A stretch of 22,894 nt of DNA from Macrostomum lignano (taxonomy: Eukaryota), in assembly GCA_002269645.1 (NCBI GenBank), contig NIVC01005187.1, forward strand, positions 1 through 22,894, given 5' to 3'. Position numbers and translations under genes: made by a program. Below are positions 9,417 through 19,200 of the stretch, one piece after another. Position 1 is the first letter of the stretch; each line of letters opens with the position of its first letter. The notes beneath the pieces are model-generated. The model was not told the origin of the DNA. It saw only the letters and a program-made list of their open reading frames with translations, and searched no databases.

Positions 9417-10274
9417 TCACATTCTCTCTATAACAATTGTTAGCACAAACTCTTCCCCGTTAAAATCGACACCAACTCCATCCTCTGTTTCAAACTGCAG
9501 AACGATTTCATGTATCTCTCTATTACTCAGAATCACTCTTTTCACGGGGTTTGGCTTTTGCACAAGCATTTTGCCACCAGCAACAGAGTTTGAAATGTTA
9601 AAAAGTATGTTGGTTCGTTTGCCTTTGAATATCCAATCATGGCTCAGATTGCTACGAATTAATATATTCAAACCTTTGACAATGTCAGCGATATTTGGCG
9701 CCAAGTACATACCGGATATTAGCCGGGACACAGCAACAGTGCCAGGCGCCTGCAGCGGGCTTTGGTCTGTGGCGCCACCATAAACTCTCTTTTCAAATCC
9801 CAACTCGCGATACCAAGTGCCATCTTTAAACTCTACCTCTGCGTCCTTATGAACTTGCAAGATAACTCTCATGACAGTTAGATCATAAGTTAATCTAACA
9901 GGGAACAGTTTATTTTCTGGTTTGCTTTCATCCGGTATCTCAAAATGCTTTCGTTTAGTGAAGACGTTCTCCAAGAAGTAATTATAAGTATCCACGCTCT
10001 GTGTGCTGACAGGAAATATCACAACCTCTGTTGTAGTACGCTTCCATTTGTAATAAAACTTGTTATTTTCCGCTGTCACATTGGGAACATTTGACCACCC
10101 AGTGAAATCATTGAGATAGACGTGGTAATTCGCCTCGGGATCCAAACGAAGTGGTTGCTCCAATTTTTGAATGAAGATTCCGTTTGACTCAGTAATGCGA
10201 CCCGCTACAGTGATTGGAATGCTCTCCTTAGAGTGTGAAACAATGTTGTTTAGTCTTTCGGCTATGGCTTCCAT
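9417..10274 (-). CDS. Putative minor capsid protein (penton, single jelly roll), 285 aa
   Basis: Immediately downstream of the major capsid gene, beta-rich, and carries motifs I recognise from Polinton minor capsids: WSNVPNVTAENNKFYY and C-terminal GVDFNGEEFVLTIVI. Confidence 0.7.
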   Translation of the reverse strand: MEAIAERLNNIVSHSKESIPITVAGRITESNGIFIQKLEQPLRLDPEANYHVYLNDFTGWSNVPNVTAENNKFYYKWKRTTTEVVIFPVSTQSVDTYNYFLENVFTKRKHFEIPDESKPENKLFPVRLTYDLTVMRVILQVHKDAEVEFKDGTWYRELGFEKRVYGGATDQSPLQAPGTVAVSRLISGMYLAPNIADIVKGLNILIRSNLSHDWIFKGKRTNILFNISNSVAGGKMLVQKPNPVKRVILSNREIHEIVLQFETEDGVGVDFNGEEFVLTIVIERM

Positions 10275-10296
10275 TTTTTTATTGAAAAAAAATTAT

Positions 10297-11593
10297 TCAA
10301 ACTTTACTAGACGAGTTATTGATCATATTGACCTTGATCTTCCTCTCAAATGCATAGATAATAAACAGATCAACAGCCGTTGCGGCACCAAATTCTTTCC
10401 GCTCGATATTAGTCACAATGTTAACAGGGCTATTGTCTGTAGGCATTTGTCTAGCAGTCACATCAACACCAAATATTGGATATAGTTTTTTTATACTGCA
10501 AGGTTGTCAAAACAATACCGTTATTCTCTTTGACAGCCAGGTCCGACAGTTCATTGTAAAACTTACTAATCTTGTTCTCCGAGAAATTCCCATTTTGTGG
10601 CAATGCAGGGTATAAATTGTCACTGATCTCATGTTGAATCGATCGAATGTTTCCATGTAGATATCTACCTACATTAGTTGTATTCCTCATAGTGACAATA
10701 ATGTACCTTGGATTGCTACAGGAGCCTTCTTTAATGCAAATATTGTGTCTTGCGTCATTCCGCTCATCTCTGCACATATAAGCTGTATAAGCAACATCAA
10801 TGTCTTTCTCAATCGCCTTCAAGTATTCAGCTTTGAGTGCAGTCTTGGGCTCAATAATTTCTAAGTACAGCTCCACGCTAGTTAGCTTAATCTCCATCGA
10901 TGTATGATTGGCCCCCGACCAAATTCCTCTGTTCCGATCATCTCTAGTCAGTCTAAATGTGTAGCTAAAGTTGCTTGTCAACCGATTGAAACTATTACAG
11001 AAACCACTCATAAACCTCAAAGGTACAAAAATATCTACAGACCTAAACAGCGGATTCTTAGCAGCATCGTTCTCACCAACAAGAGCATAGTTGTATCTCT
11101 CCTTTCTCTTTTTGTAACCAGGGTCATTCTCATCTCCTGTCTGTTCATTGGGGATGAATCCAGCACCGCTCCCCATCTGAATAAAATCCGGGTTCTCAAT
11201 CAAGCACTGGGTATCATAGACCACACCAAAGTTTGCTATTCTTTCCAATTCTGTACTTCCATTGGACACATTAAACTCTTTGAACATATAAGCCCAGAAA
11301 TTACTGGTTAGTGCGACATCCGCATTGTGTAGATCATCATTAGCATGAGCGGCGTCTGCGCCTCCTTTAGTTTTGAATTGATACGTCATATAGAAGCCGC
11401 TCCTTAGACTGTGCACACTAACCAAATACGAACATCCATTGTATGTAAATGTCAGTGTTTGACCAGGACCAAGATTAGTTTCATTCTGATTTTCCTGACT
11501 GGGAACTCTTACCTGAGTCGCTTTGATTGTGCTATCATCACTCAAAATAGGCTTGTTAATTTTGTAGAAAACTGGTGTCAGTGGGTCGTTCAT
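10297..11593 (-). CDS. Putative major capsid protein (double jelly roll), ~431 aa after correcting one frameshift
   Basis: The track ORF (376 aa) breaks at an A7 run (10486-10492). Removing one A continues KKLYPIFGVDVTARQ...DLFIIYAFERKIKVNMINNSSSKV* to 10297. Size, N-terminal ILSDDSTIK, PRYIIV and YPIFxxD fit Polinton MCPs. Confidence 0.75.
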
Positions 11594-11623
11594 TTTTTAA
11601 CTAAAAATAAAATAAAATAAGAA

Positions 11624-12850
11624 ATGAAGCGAAAAAGTACACAGCAGATATCTGAATTGGAGAAGCTAGCACAAGCAGAGAAACGAGTTACCGGGCTAAT
11701 AAATAAGGAGCAACAATCCTACAATGAATTCGTCCAAGCAGCCACCGAATTTCACAAACCCGGATACACAGAAGCGAAGAAAAACCTCGACACTGTGAAG
11801 GAAGCAGTTGATGATATTCAAGAGAGCCACTTGCAAAACACATTGGGTAAAATCCCATCTTCACCGGGACAACCACAGGCTCAGCAACCAGGACAACCAG
11901 TGCAGATGAATGTGAAGGATAACTTTTTTGGCCCCGTATTGGATGATGGAAAATATATTTTTGGAATTAGCGACTGGCGAAAAAATATTACCGGGGAACC
12001 GGCGGATTACAACATTGAAGTGACGAAGGAAACTATTTCAATCAATAAAGGCGCAGAAACTAAACGAATCCCCTTCACTCAAACTTTACTTGATTACATG
12101 ACTAAAAATCAGAAAAAAAGATCCGAGAAGCAGCTAAAAAATTACAAAGATCTTGTTACCTTTGCTCTCGATAGGGACATAGACATTCTCAAGAACAACG
12201 GTGTTTTGAAAATTTTACATGAAAACGGGATTGTCTTGAACAATTGTAAAAAATACAAATACTTTAAACAATGGTTTGGTTTGCCGGATCAAGAAGAGGT
12301 CATAAGACAACAAACACAACAACCACAACCGCCACAACAACCACAACAGCAGCAACCACAACCACAACCACAACAACAACTACAACAACCACAACAGCAG
12401 CAACCACAAACACAACCACAACCACAACAACCTCCACCGCCACAGCAACAAAAAACCCAGGTTGAACAAGTACTTGATCAACTTGACACTGTAGACCCGA
12501 TTCTTGTTTCGCAGTACAAAGATAGAAACCCTGATACTTGGCGACAATTAGAACAGTTCTCCCCAGAACGAATGAAGCGAATCAATGACAGAGTATTCAC
12601 ACCTAGGCTACAGCAACCCTCACCAGGAACATCCTTCTCTGACCAATCATTCGAATCACCACCAAGCTCTTCCGGAAAAGGCATGCCTGAATTCTACAAG
12701 CGAGTAGCGGTTCTTCTAGGAGCGGCAAAGACCGGAATGAAAGATGAGAATAGAAAAGAGTTCGTTCACATCCTCAATAAAATGCTTGAGAGAAAATACA
12801 TCGATAAGAGGGCGAGAGAGCTTCTGCTTTCGCGGTTCAACAAAAAATAA
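11624..12850 (+). CDS. Putative virion core protein with Q/P low-complexity linker, 408 aa
   Basis: Long ORF divergent from the MCP. C-terminal GKG-MPEFYKRVAVLLGAAKTG...EFVHILNKML resembles the GxG...RLxLLxA...G(N) helical domain seen in Polinton accessory proteins. Function is inferred. Confidence 0.6.
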   Translation: MKRKSTQQISELEKLAQAEKRVTGLINKEQQSYNEFVQAATEFHKPGYTEAKKNLDTVKEAVDDIQESHLQNTLGKIPSSPGQPQAQQPGQPVQMNVKDNFFGPVLDDGKYIFGISDWRKNITGEPADYNIEVTKETISINKGAETKRIPFTQTLLDYMTKNQKKRSEKQLKNYKDLVTFALDRDIDILKNNGVLKILHENGIVLNNCKKYKYFKQWFGLPDQEEVIRQQTQQPQPPQQPQQQQPQPQPQQQLQQPQQQQPQTQPQPQQPPPPQQQKTQVEQVLDQLDTVDPILVSQYKDRNPDTWRQLEQFSPERMKRINDRVFTPRLQQPSPGTSFSDQSFESPPSSSGKGMPEFYKRVAVLLGAAKTGMKDENRKEFVHILNKMLERKYIDKRARELLLSRFNKK

Positions 12851-12866
12851 TTTATTTCAAGTAAAA

Positions 12867-13247
12867 ATGCCACTTATTTTCGAAAAAGACATTGACAAAT
12901 ACTATGACAAAGAGGAACTTAATCTCATTAAACGCGGATCTGGACTTTTCCCTGCCGGCCACTATCCAAGAAAAGAACGCTCTGGGAATGGCCTTGCCGA
13001 TTTGATCGCTCAGGGGGCCAAGATTTTTAAGGTCATTGGAGAGAACAAAGAGAACATCAAGAACGTTGCCGAAGCGGCTGGCAGTGTAGCCACAGCAGCC
13101 AAAAAGATTAAAGATACGGTTCATAAAACCCGGAAATCAATACCAGATATTCAACCCCTTGCACCGAGTGCAGATAGTGTCGATCCAGCCATCTACGCAA
13201 AGATGAGAGCTGAATATAAGAAAGGAGGCGGTTTTAAATTTGACTAA
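12867..13247 (+). CDS. Small basic protein with GxG sites and an amphipathic helix (adintovirus 'cupiennin'-like; candidate protein-VI-like membrane-lytic protein), 126 aa
   Basis: True start is likely TAAAAATG at 12867; the track start at 12744 overlaps the upstream gene. Contains KRGSG-L, RSGNG-LADLIAQGAKIFKVIG... and terminal KKGGG-FKFD. Confidence 0.6.
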   Translation: MPLIFEKDIDKYYDKEELNLIKRGSGLFPAGHYPRKERSGNGLADLIAQGAKIFKVIGENKENIKNVAEAAGSVATAAKKIKDTVHKTRKSIPDIQPLAPSADSVDPAIYAKMRAEYKKGGGFKFD

Positions 13248-13282
13248 TTTGGTGCACCCTGACGGTAAAAGAGGTGTGAGGG

Positions 13283-13397
13283 TGTAGGACTAGTCGGATG
13301 TAGGACTAGTCGAAAAAAGACACACACATCCCGAAAAAAGACACACACTTCCCGCAAAGAGACACACACATACACATCCCGAAAAAAGACACACGCG
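13283..13397. repeat. Intergenic repeat cluster: 2x TGTAGGACTAGTCG and 4x ~21-bp CGAAAAAAGACACACACATCC
   Basis: 14-mers at 13283 and 13299; 21-bp units at 13311, 13332, 13353 and 13380. Confidence 0.9.
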
Positions 13398-13443
13398 TCT
13401 TAAATACACAAGTTTAAAAAGAAAAAGTTTTTTTACATAAAAA

Positions 13444-14243
13444 ATGGACTTCACAAACGACTTTCATCCCCACTGGACACGCAATCAGATAAAATTTGCT
13501 CACAACGAGATAATTCCAGGGCACTTCCGATGCATTGTTGTTGGCTCATCTGGGTCAGGGAAAACCTTCAGAGTTTTTAACATGCTCCTCAGACCTGGAT
13601 TCCTCGATTATGACACACTACATATCTATTCACCCACTCTGTATCAAGATGAGTATAAAATGCTAGTAGCGGGCCTACAGAACAAACTCAACAAGGAAGA
13701 TATTATTCAATGTTTTAGACATCAAAAAGACCTCAACAGCAACCCGGAAGTTGTAGCCACTGAATACGCAAAGCACATCCCAGACAATGAAAAATGGCAA
13801 AACATTAAAGTTTTCACTTATGGAGATCCACAGATAGATCCTAAAACTAAACTCTTACCTCAACCTGATGAACTAGAAAAGGGGAGAAAGCACCTGATTG
13901 TCTTCATGACTGCATGACCGGTCCCCAGAAACAGATAGAAAATTATTTCACCCGGGGTAGACATAATAATTGCAATGTTATTTACATTGCCCAAAACTGG
14001 TTTGAACTGCCAAATAAAACAATTAGAGGTAACTGTAATTTGATTCTCCTTTTCCCAACCATACCACAGGATCGACTGAAACGATTTTATAATGAGGTCA
14101 TTGCCCCAGCTCACATTACATATCCAGCTAAGAACTCTAACAGAACAATATCACAGGAGGAATTTGTTAACATATGCTATGAAAAGTGGAACCAACCCTA
14201 TCAGTTTGTCATGATTAATAAGGAGAAAAGAATTTTACTTTAA
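13444..14243 (+). CDS. A32/FtsK-like genome packaging ATPase, split by a 1-nt deletion in Walker B
   Basis: Walker A VVGSSGSGKT. Restoring one G at 13905/13906 gives Walker B LIVFDDCM. Downstream FTRGRH and IYIAQ...LP..IRxN are A32 family motifs. Confidence 0.92.
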
Positions 14244-14259
14244 TTTTTCATTTAAAAAA

Positions 14260-14994
14260 ATGTCTATTAATTTTGCTGGTGAGTCAACTACAGGCAACAG
14301 CACTCTCACAACTTCCTTCCTTGACAAGCGCTACATTAACACTGATGAAGAGATCCCAGAGATCAAACTGAATAAAAACAGACTGAAAGCCCTAGAGCGC
14401 TCCATGCACCAGTTGCAAATAAACATGGAAGATCTCAGGCTTAAAGTAGCTAGGCAGAAGTTTGAAAGTGATAAGCTTTATGTGCCGTTGTTAAACGCAA
14501 CTAATGAACTTAGGTCAGAAATAACTTCGGCAGTCTCGCAAATCAACGGTTTGAGATCGACAGTTAATCTTCTGGGAAATTCCACTGATAGACGGATGCG
14601 TATTCTTGAAGGAGGAGTTTTCACAAACACAGCTAAAGTAAATAATTTAGAAGAGTTCATGAACCAGTCAACAGCATTGCATGATAGAATTAAAGAAAAC
14701 GTCGCAACCAACACAGGTAAAGTAAATAATTTAGAAGAGTTCATGAACCAGTCAACAGCGATGCATGATCGAATCAAAGAAAGACTTGAAGCATTAAAGA
14801 GAAACGATGTATCACACAGTAGCTATCTAAACGGAATGTATAGCTCTTGGGGTAAAATAATAAGGAGGCTTAATCGTCTGGAGAGAACACTCAATCTTCG
14901 TGACATTGCTATTGATGAAGCAGAATCTACTGCTCGTCCGGTCATTTCTACAGATGAAATTATCAAAAAGAAAACAGATCTTTCAACCGGGTAG
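14260..14994 (+). CDS. Coiled-coil protein with a 28-aa tandem duplication (candidate fibre/spike), 244 aa
   Basis: Intact ORF with TAAAAAAATG start and heptad-like pattern. TNT(A/G)KVNNLEEFMNQSTA(L/M)HDRIKE occurs twice. Function is inferred. Confidence 0.65.
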   Translation: MSINFAGESTTGNSTLTTSFLDKRYINTDEEIPEIKLNKNRLKALERSMHQLQINMEDLRLKVARQKFESDKLYVPLLNATNELRSEITSAVSQINGLRSTVNLLGNSTDRRMRILEGGVFTNTAKVNNLEEFMNQSTALHDRIKENVATNTGKVNNLEEFMNQSTAMHDRIKERLEALKRNDVSHSSYLNGMYSSWGKIIRRLNRLERTLNLRDIAIDEAESTARPVISTDEIIKKKTDLSTG

Positions 14995-15027
14995 TTTTGT
15001 AATTTTTTTATTTTTTCTAGAGAAAAA

Positions 15028-15666
15028 ATGGCCCAACAAAATTCTTTATACGATCAGTCTCAATACGCTGAACCTAAACTACCGACAGCACCAAACCCAA
15101 TGGCACCGAATTCGAACACACAAAGCCTGAATGCACCGAATCTGAATGCACCTCAATATGAGCAACAAAAACTCTACCCCGTCATTTCATGTAACTCTCA
15201 ACAGTTTCGACTAGTGGAGATTCAAAAAATGCGAGATGATCTTGAAAAAAATATTTTCCACAACACAAAGAAAATTAAACGCTATGACAGCCACTGTAAA
15301 TTTTTCGACTACAGCAATATGATTCTAGGATCTGTGTCTGTTCTATCTGGATCTGCTGCGGCTGTCTCAACGTTGCCAGTCATCACAGCCCCAATCGCAA
15401 TCCCACTCGGCTCTGTGGGTGCTGCGTGTGGACTTATTTCAGCAATTACTGGAGCATTAGCGCGAAACAGGCGAAAAAAACTAAAGCAGCTACAGGAGAA
15501 GCAAGTAAAAGAGAAAGGGGTGCACACTTCAATCATAGGGTACATTTCAAGGGCAATCGAGGATAAGTTCATTTCAGAGGATGAGTTCAAAACCATTCAG
15601 GATCTTTATGAACAATCAATTCGAATGAACTTGAACATGGTCGGTACTGATGACATGAGTCAGTGA
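15028..15666 (+). CDS. Membrane-hairpin protein (resembles the adintovirus accessory gene labelled 'GasderminX'), 212 aa
   Basis: LYPVI...QFRLVEIQKMRDDLEK helical segment, a ~48-aa hydrophobic small-residue stretch (MILGSVSV...ITGALA), then basic RNRRKKLK and ISRAIEDKFISEDEF. The family label is from recall. Confidence 0.65.
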   Translation: MAQQNSLYDQSQYAEPKLPTAPNPMAPNSNTQSLNAPNLNAPQYEQQKLYPVISCNSQQFRLVEIQKMRDDLEKNIFHNTKKIKRYDSHCKFFDYSNMILGSVSVLSGSAAAVSTLPVITAPIAIPLGSVGAACGLISAITGALARNRRKKLKQLQEKQVKEKGVHTSIIGYISRAIEDKFISEDEFKTIQDLYEQSIRMNLNMVGTDDMSQ

Positions 15667-15750
15667 GAAATGAACTCGAGAAATTTCTTCAACATTATGT
15701 GGAAAGAAAGTCGGCAAGAAGGACAACGAGAAATACACCACAATGAACCC

Positions 15751-16152
15751 TTATGAAACACAGCCAAGAATAATTTCCTTGTAGGTCTTTCGTGTTTTGG
15801 TCATTGCATACAAAACAGTCATGCACAGCTCACCGCAAATATCACTGCTAAGACCTTGGAGAATAAAGTCTGAGCGATAAATTTTTTTAGTTTTTTTTCC
15901 CTTCATATAATTTCTTAGCTCTTCTGGTACTGCCGTCCCATAGCTATCGAAGTAATAACACTGGTGCTTGCGATCGGGATCAATCACCCAGCAAACCCAA
16001 TGAGATCCTGGCTTATCGGTGGTGTCAAAGTTCATGATGCCGCATTCTTTTCTTAGAGGAAAATCAGGCAGAGTGTCCCTCATAAATATTCCTCTAAAGA
16101 TTGGGATTTCCAGTTCGTTAGCCAAATCTTCAAGAAAGTTATTTGTCGTCAT
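15751..16152 (-). CDS. Adenain-like (C5 family) virion maturation cysteine protease, 133 aa
   Basis: Catalytic His (GSHWVC), Asp (YFDSYG), oxyanion Gln (ILQG) and Cys (SDICG) are in the expected order. Confidence 0.92.
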   Translation of the reverse strand: MTTNNFLEDLANELEIPIFRGIFMRDTLPDFPLRKECGIMNFDTTDKPGSHWVCWVIDPDRKHQCYYFDSYGTAVPEELRNYMKGKKTKKIYRSDFILQGLSSDICGELCMTVLYAMTKTRKTYKEIILGCVS

Positions 16153-16205
16153 TTTTTATGAGGTTTATTAAACTTTCTCTTAAACCTAAACCTAATCTCA
16201 ACCTC

Positions 16206-19200
16206 CTAAACCCAATCTCCTAAACCTAACCTCCAATGCCCGAACAGTAGACTGTTAATATTGTCATCAAAAATGAATCTCTTGTTATCTGCACCTGACA
16301 GTCCAATCTTTTTTTTGCTGAATTGTGTGAATAATATGGTTTTTGGATTGTAGCTTTGAGAACTCATGTGATGTCTTTTTGTTGCAATTCAAGGCGTCTC
16401 TGTATTCAGCTTCATTAATTTCCTTCCTAACCACGCGTTTCGGAATTCCCTTTGATTTTTTAATTGGGTCTGACGACTCACATTTTACAAAATAGGACTT
16501 TGCTCTCAACCCAATGAATTCAGTGATTATGTCACCAGCAATCTCGTCCTTCATTTTCCCAATCACTTTCTTGTTAGTGGCGTCAAACACTTGATCGCCA
16601 TTCTGTGTCCTGAAAGATTCATCATACTCAGACAAGTCAAACAAATCTTTTTGCTGCAGCATGTCCTGATAAATGTCTTCTGTTTGAATGTCCATAATAA
16701 AACTGTCTGTGTCAGTGTACAAGAGTTTCATTTTATCCTTGTACTGCTGCTTCATGCCATAGAAGAACTGGTACATCAGACGTTTTGATTCGTCGAGAAC
16801 AGTGACACCTGTATAGATCGGCTTGCGCAGCGTCACCTTGGTTTTGTAAAATATGATCACACCTAAGTAGCTATTAAAGATATGGAGTTCTTTGAATGTT
16901 GGCTTTGACATATTTGCTTGAATAACAGCAGGCTCTGATGAGGTAACAAGTTTCAGGTTTGTTGTTTTCCTCTCATTTTTCAAGAGTCTTGCCATAGACA
17001 GAGTTGTTGGCCAACTTAAAGAGGTTCTTGTCAAAGTCGTTGGTTGCTTTGGTCCTAAATTTGGGTGTTCTTATCAATGTAGGGTTTCATCCACGCTTCC
17101 TCTGTAAATGTAAGAGCCCTGTGAACTTTGGTGACCCTGCAACCAAGTGAGATAAAATACTGAAGCAGTTTGTAATGGATTTTGTAACGTGTCTTGTTGT
17201 TTAGATTCTGTGTTAGTTTCTCTGTATGTTCTTTTTCTGTTCCTGACAGGTGCCAAGTTCCATTATTATCATTGGGAGTTTCGATTATTTTCGGGCACTT
17301 GATGTTCTCTGGGAAGGGTGGAAAGTCAGAGAAATAGTCGTGAAGCTCTGGTGGAATGTAAACATCAACTTCATAAATGGCAGCCAATGAAAAGTCCCAC
17401 TTTAGTTCTGATGAGGGTAGCCATCGAAAATCTCTAACTGGAAGATCTTGACTCATCGCCCACCCGTAGAGATTATTAGCGTCCAAGTAAGTAATGTAGT
17501 TTGAGGGCTGCTCCTTATTGTAAGATTCAATGTAGGGATTGTTTGCTTTTGCATACCTGTTAACGCAAATTGAGATCCCCCTCGTTTGACGATTCGACAA
17601 AATTGTACATGTCAATGTCTGTAAGAAGTTCAATGTACCAATCTGGATCTTGATCCCATTTCATTTTAAGCAAAGATTCCCAGCTAGTGGCAGGGAGAGA
17701 CACATAATGTGCTGGATCGAGGCCATATGCTGTGTACCAGGTGTATCTGAAGGTTTCAAACACATCGGCCAGCAGAAACACATCTGTGAAGAGGTAAAGC
17801 AGGTGAAACTGGAAGAAGTTTTGACAATTAAAGTAATTATAGACATGCTTCGCGTGCTCATAGTCTTTGTCAGAGATGCCAGAGTCTGTTAGCTTTGAAA
17901 AGAATTTCTCCTGTGGTGGTAAACCTTCTTCAAATACGTGATACCCAGTAATATTCTCATAGGGGTAGAAGCCTTTCTTTCTTAAAAGTTTAAATGATTC
18001 ATCAGTTCTTGCAAATATCTTTGTATATGTACATTGTTCATCTTTTAGATTCTTGCTTAGTTCGTCTAGACTGGCAGCTAGAAATTGATATGAATCCTTC
18101 AGTCTTATCTTACCTTTACTGTTACCCAAATTATCCTGTTTAATATCAACACACTTAAACTTCTTGTTTTCTGCGATGCAATCAAGGTGTATGTCTGGAA
18201 TCATGCCGATTTTTTCAACTATTAAATGCATGTCATAGTTCTTTGCGTTGTGACAAAATATCGTTAGATCATGAATGTTGGATTTTAGCTTTAGATTACA
18301 GGTGTTATGCGCTGCACCTCTAAATTTCCCAGTAAAGTGGCAGTGGTCCCTAACGGTGGGGTTTTTAAAATCAGTGCAAGTTAACTGTTTCCTGCAGATG
18401 TGGCAATGAGTTGCTGATAGGAAATTGCTTTCATCCTCCTCAGTCATCATTATTGGAACAGGTTGAAGAGTGCTAATTACTCTTTGCAACTCTAACATTC
18501 TGGCAATAAACTGCTCCACACACTGGTCTCCAAAGAAATAATTATACTCAACAAGTCCTTTTGTATTAATAAAGGCATATGCTACTGAATTGGGGACATG
18601 TTTTTGAGTTTGAGTTTGTTTTTGAGTATGAGTTTGTTTTTGAGTTTCTGGCATGATTGAGCATTCGAAATCAGCATATACAACAAACGGGAGCTTCTCC
18701 ATCTTGTGATAGTTCTTAAAACGGAGATACTTCTCTTCAGCTGAAGGAAGAGAGCAATTGTCGGGTGATCCTCGCATGATAATTCATGCTCTGTTAGTTT
18801 TTCAAAGCGTTCAGGTCCACTGTAATGCTTAAGGCACAAGCGGCAGATGGCAACAGCCTCGTGATGATTATTCAACTGTTGTGAATGAGTCTTGAAAGAT
18901 CTTTAATCCAAACATAGTGAGCCTCCTCTAGTAAATTACCAATCACTAGAAGATCCACTTCAGTCCGCCTTTTCCCCTCAGGATCTAAAACGTCTTTGCT
19001 ACATCTGACCGGTTGAACTTTCTCAGTTTTTTCACTCCACTCAAAGACTGTATTCTAATTTTGTTATTAAACACTTCTTCTAGCTTTGGGATCTGAGAGA
19101 TCGCCAAGCCTCCTTTGTCAAACCTGATTCCCTTCTTTTCACATTCGATGAGATAGTGCTTGAAATAATTTTGATAATTTGAGGTTCTTTCGGGGTGGTG

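Noticed and set aside
12271-12465. Poly-Thr ORF
   Set aside because: Alternative frame of the CAA/CCA-rich Q/P tract in the core gene.
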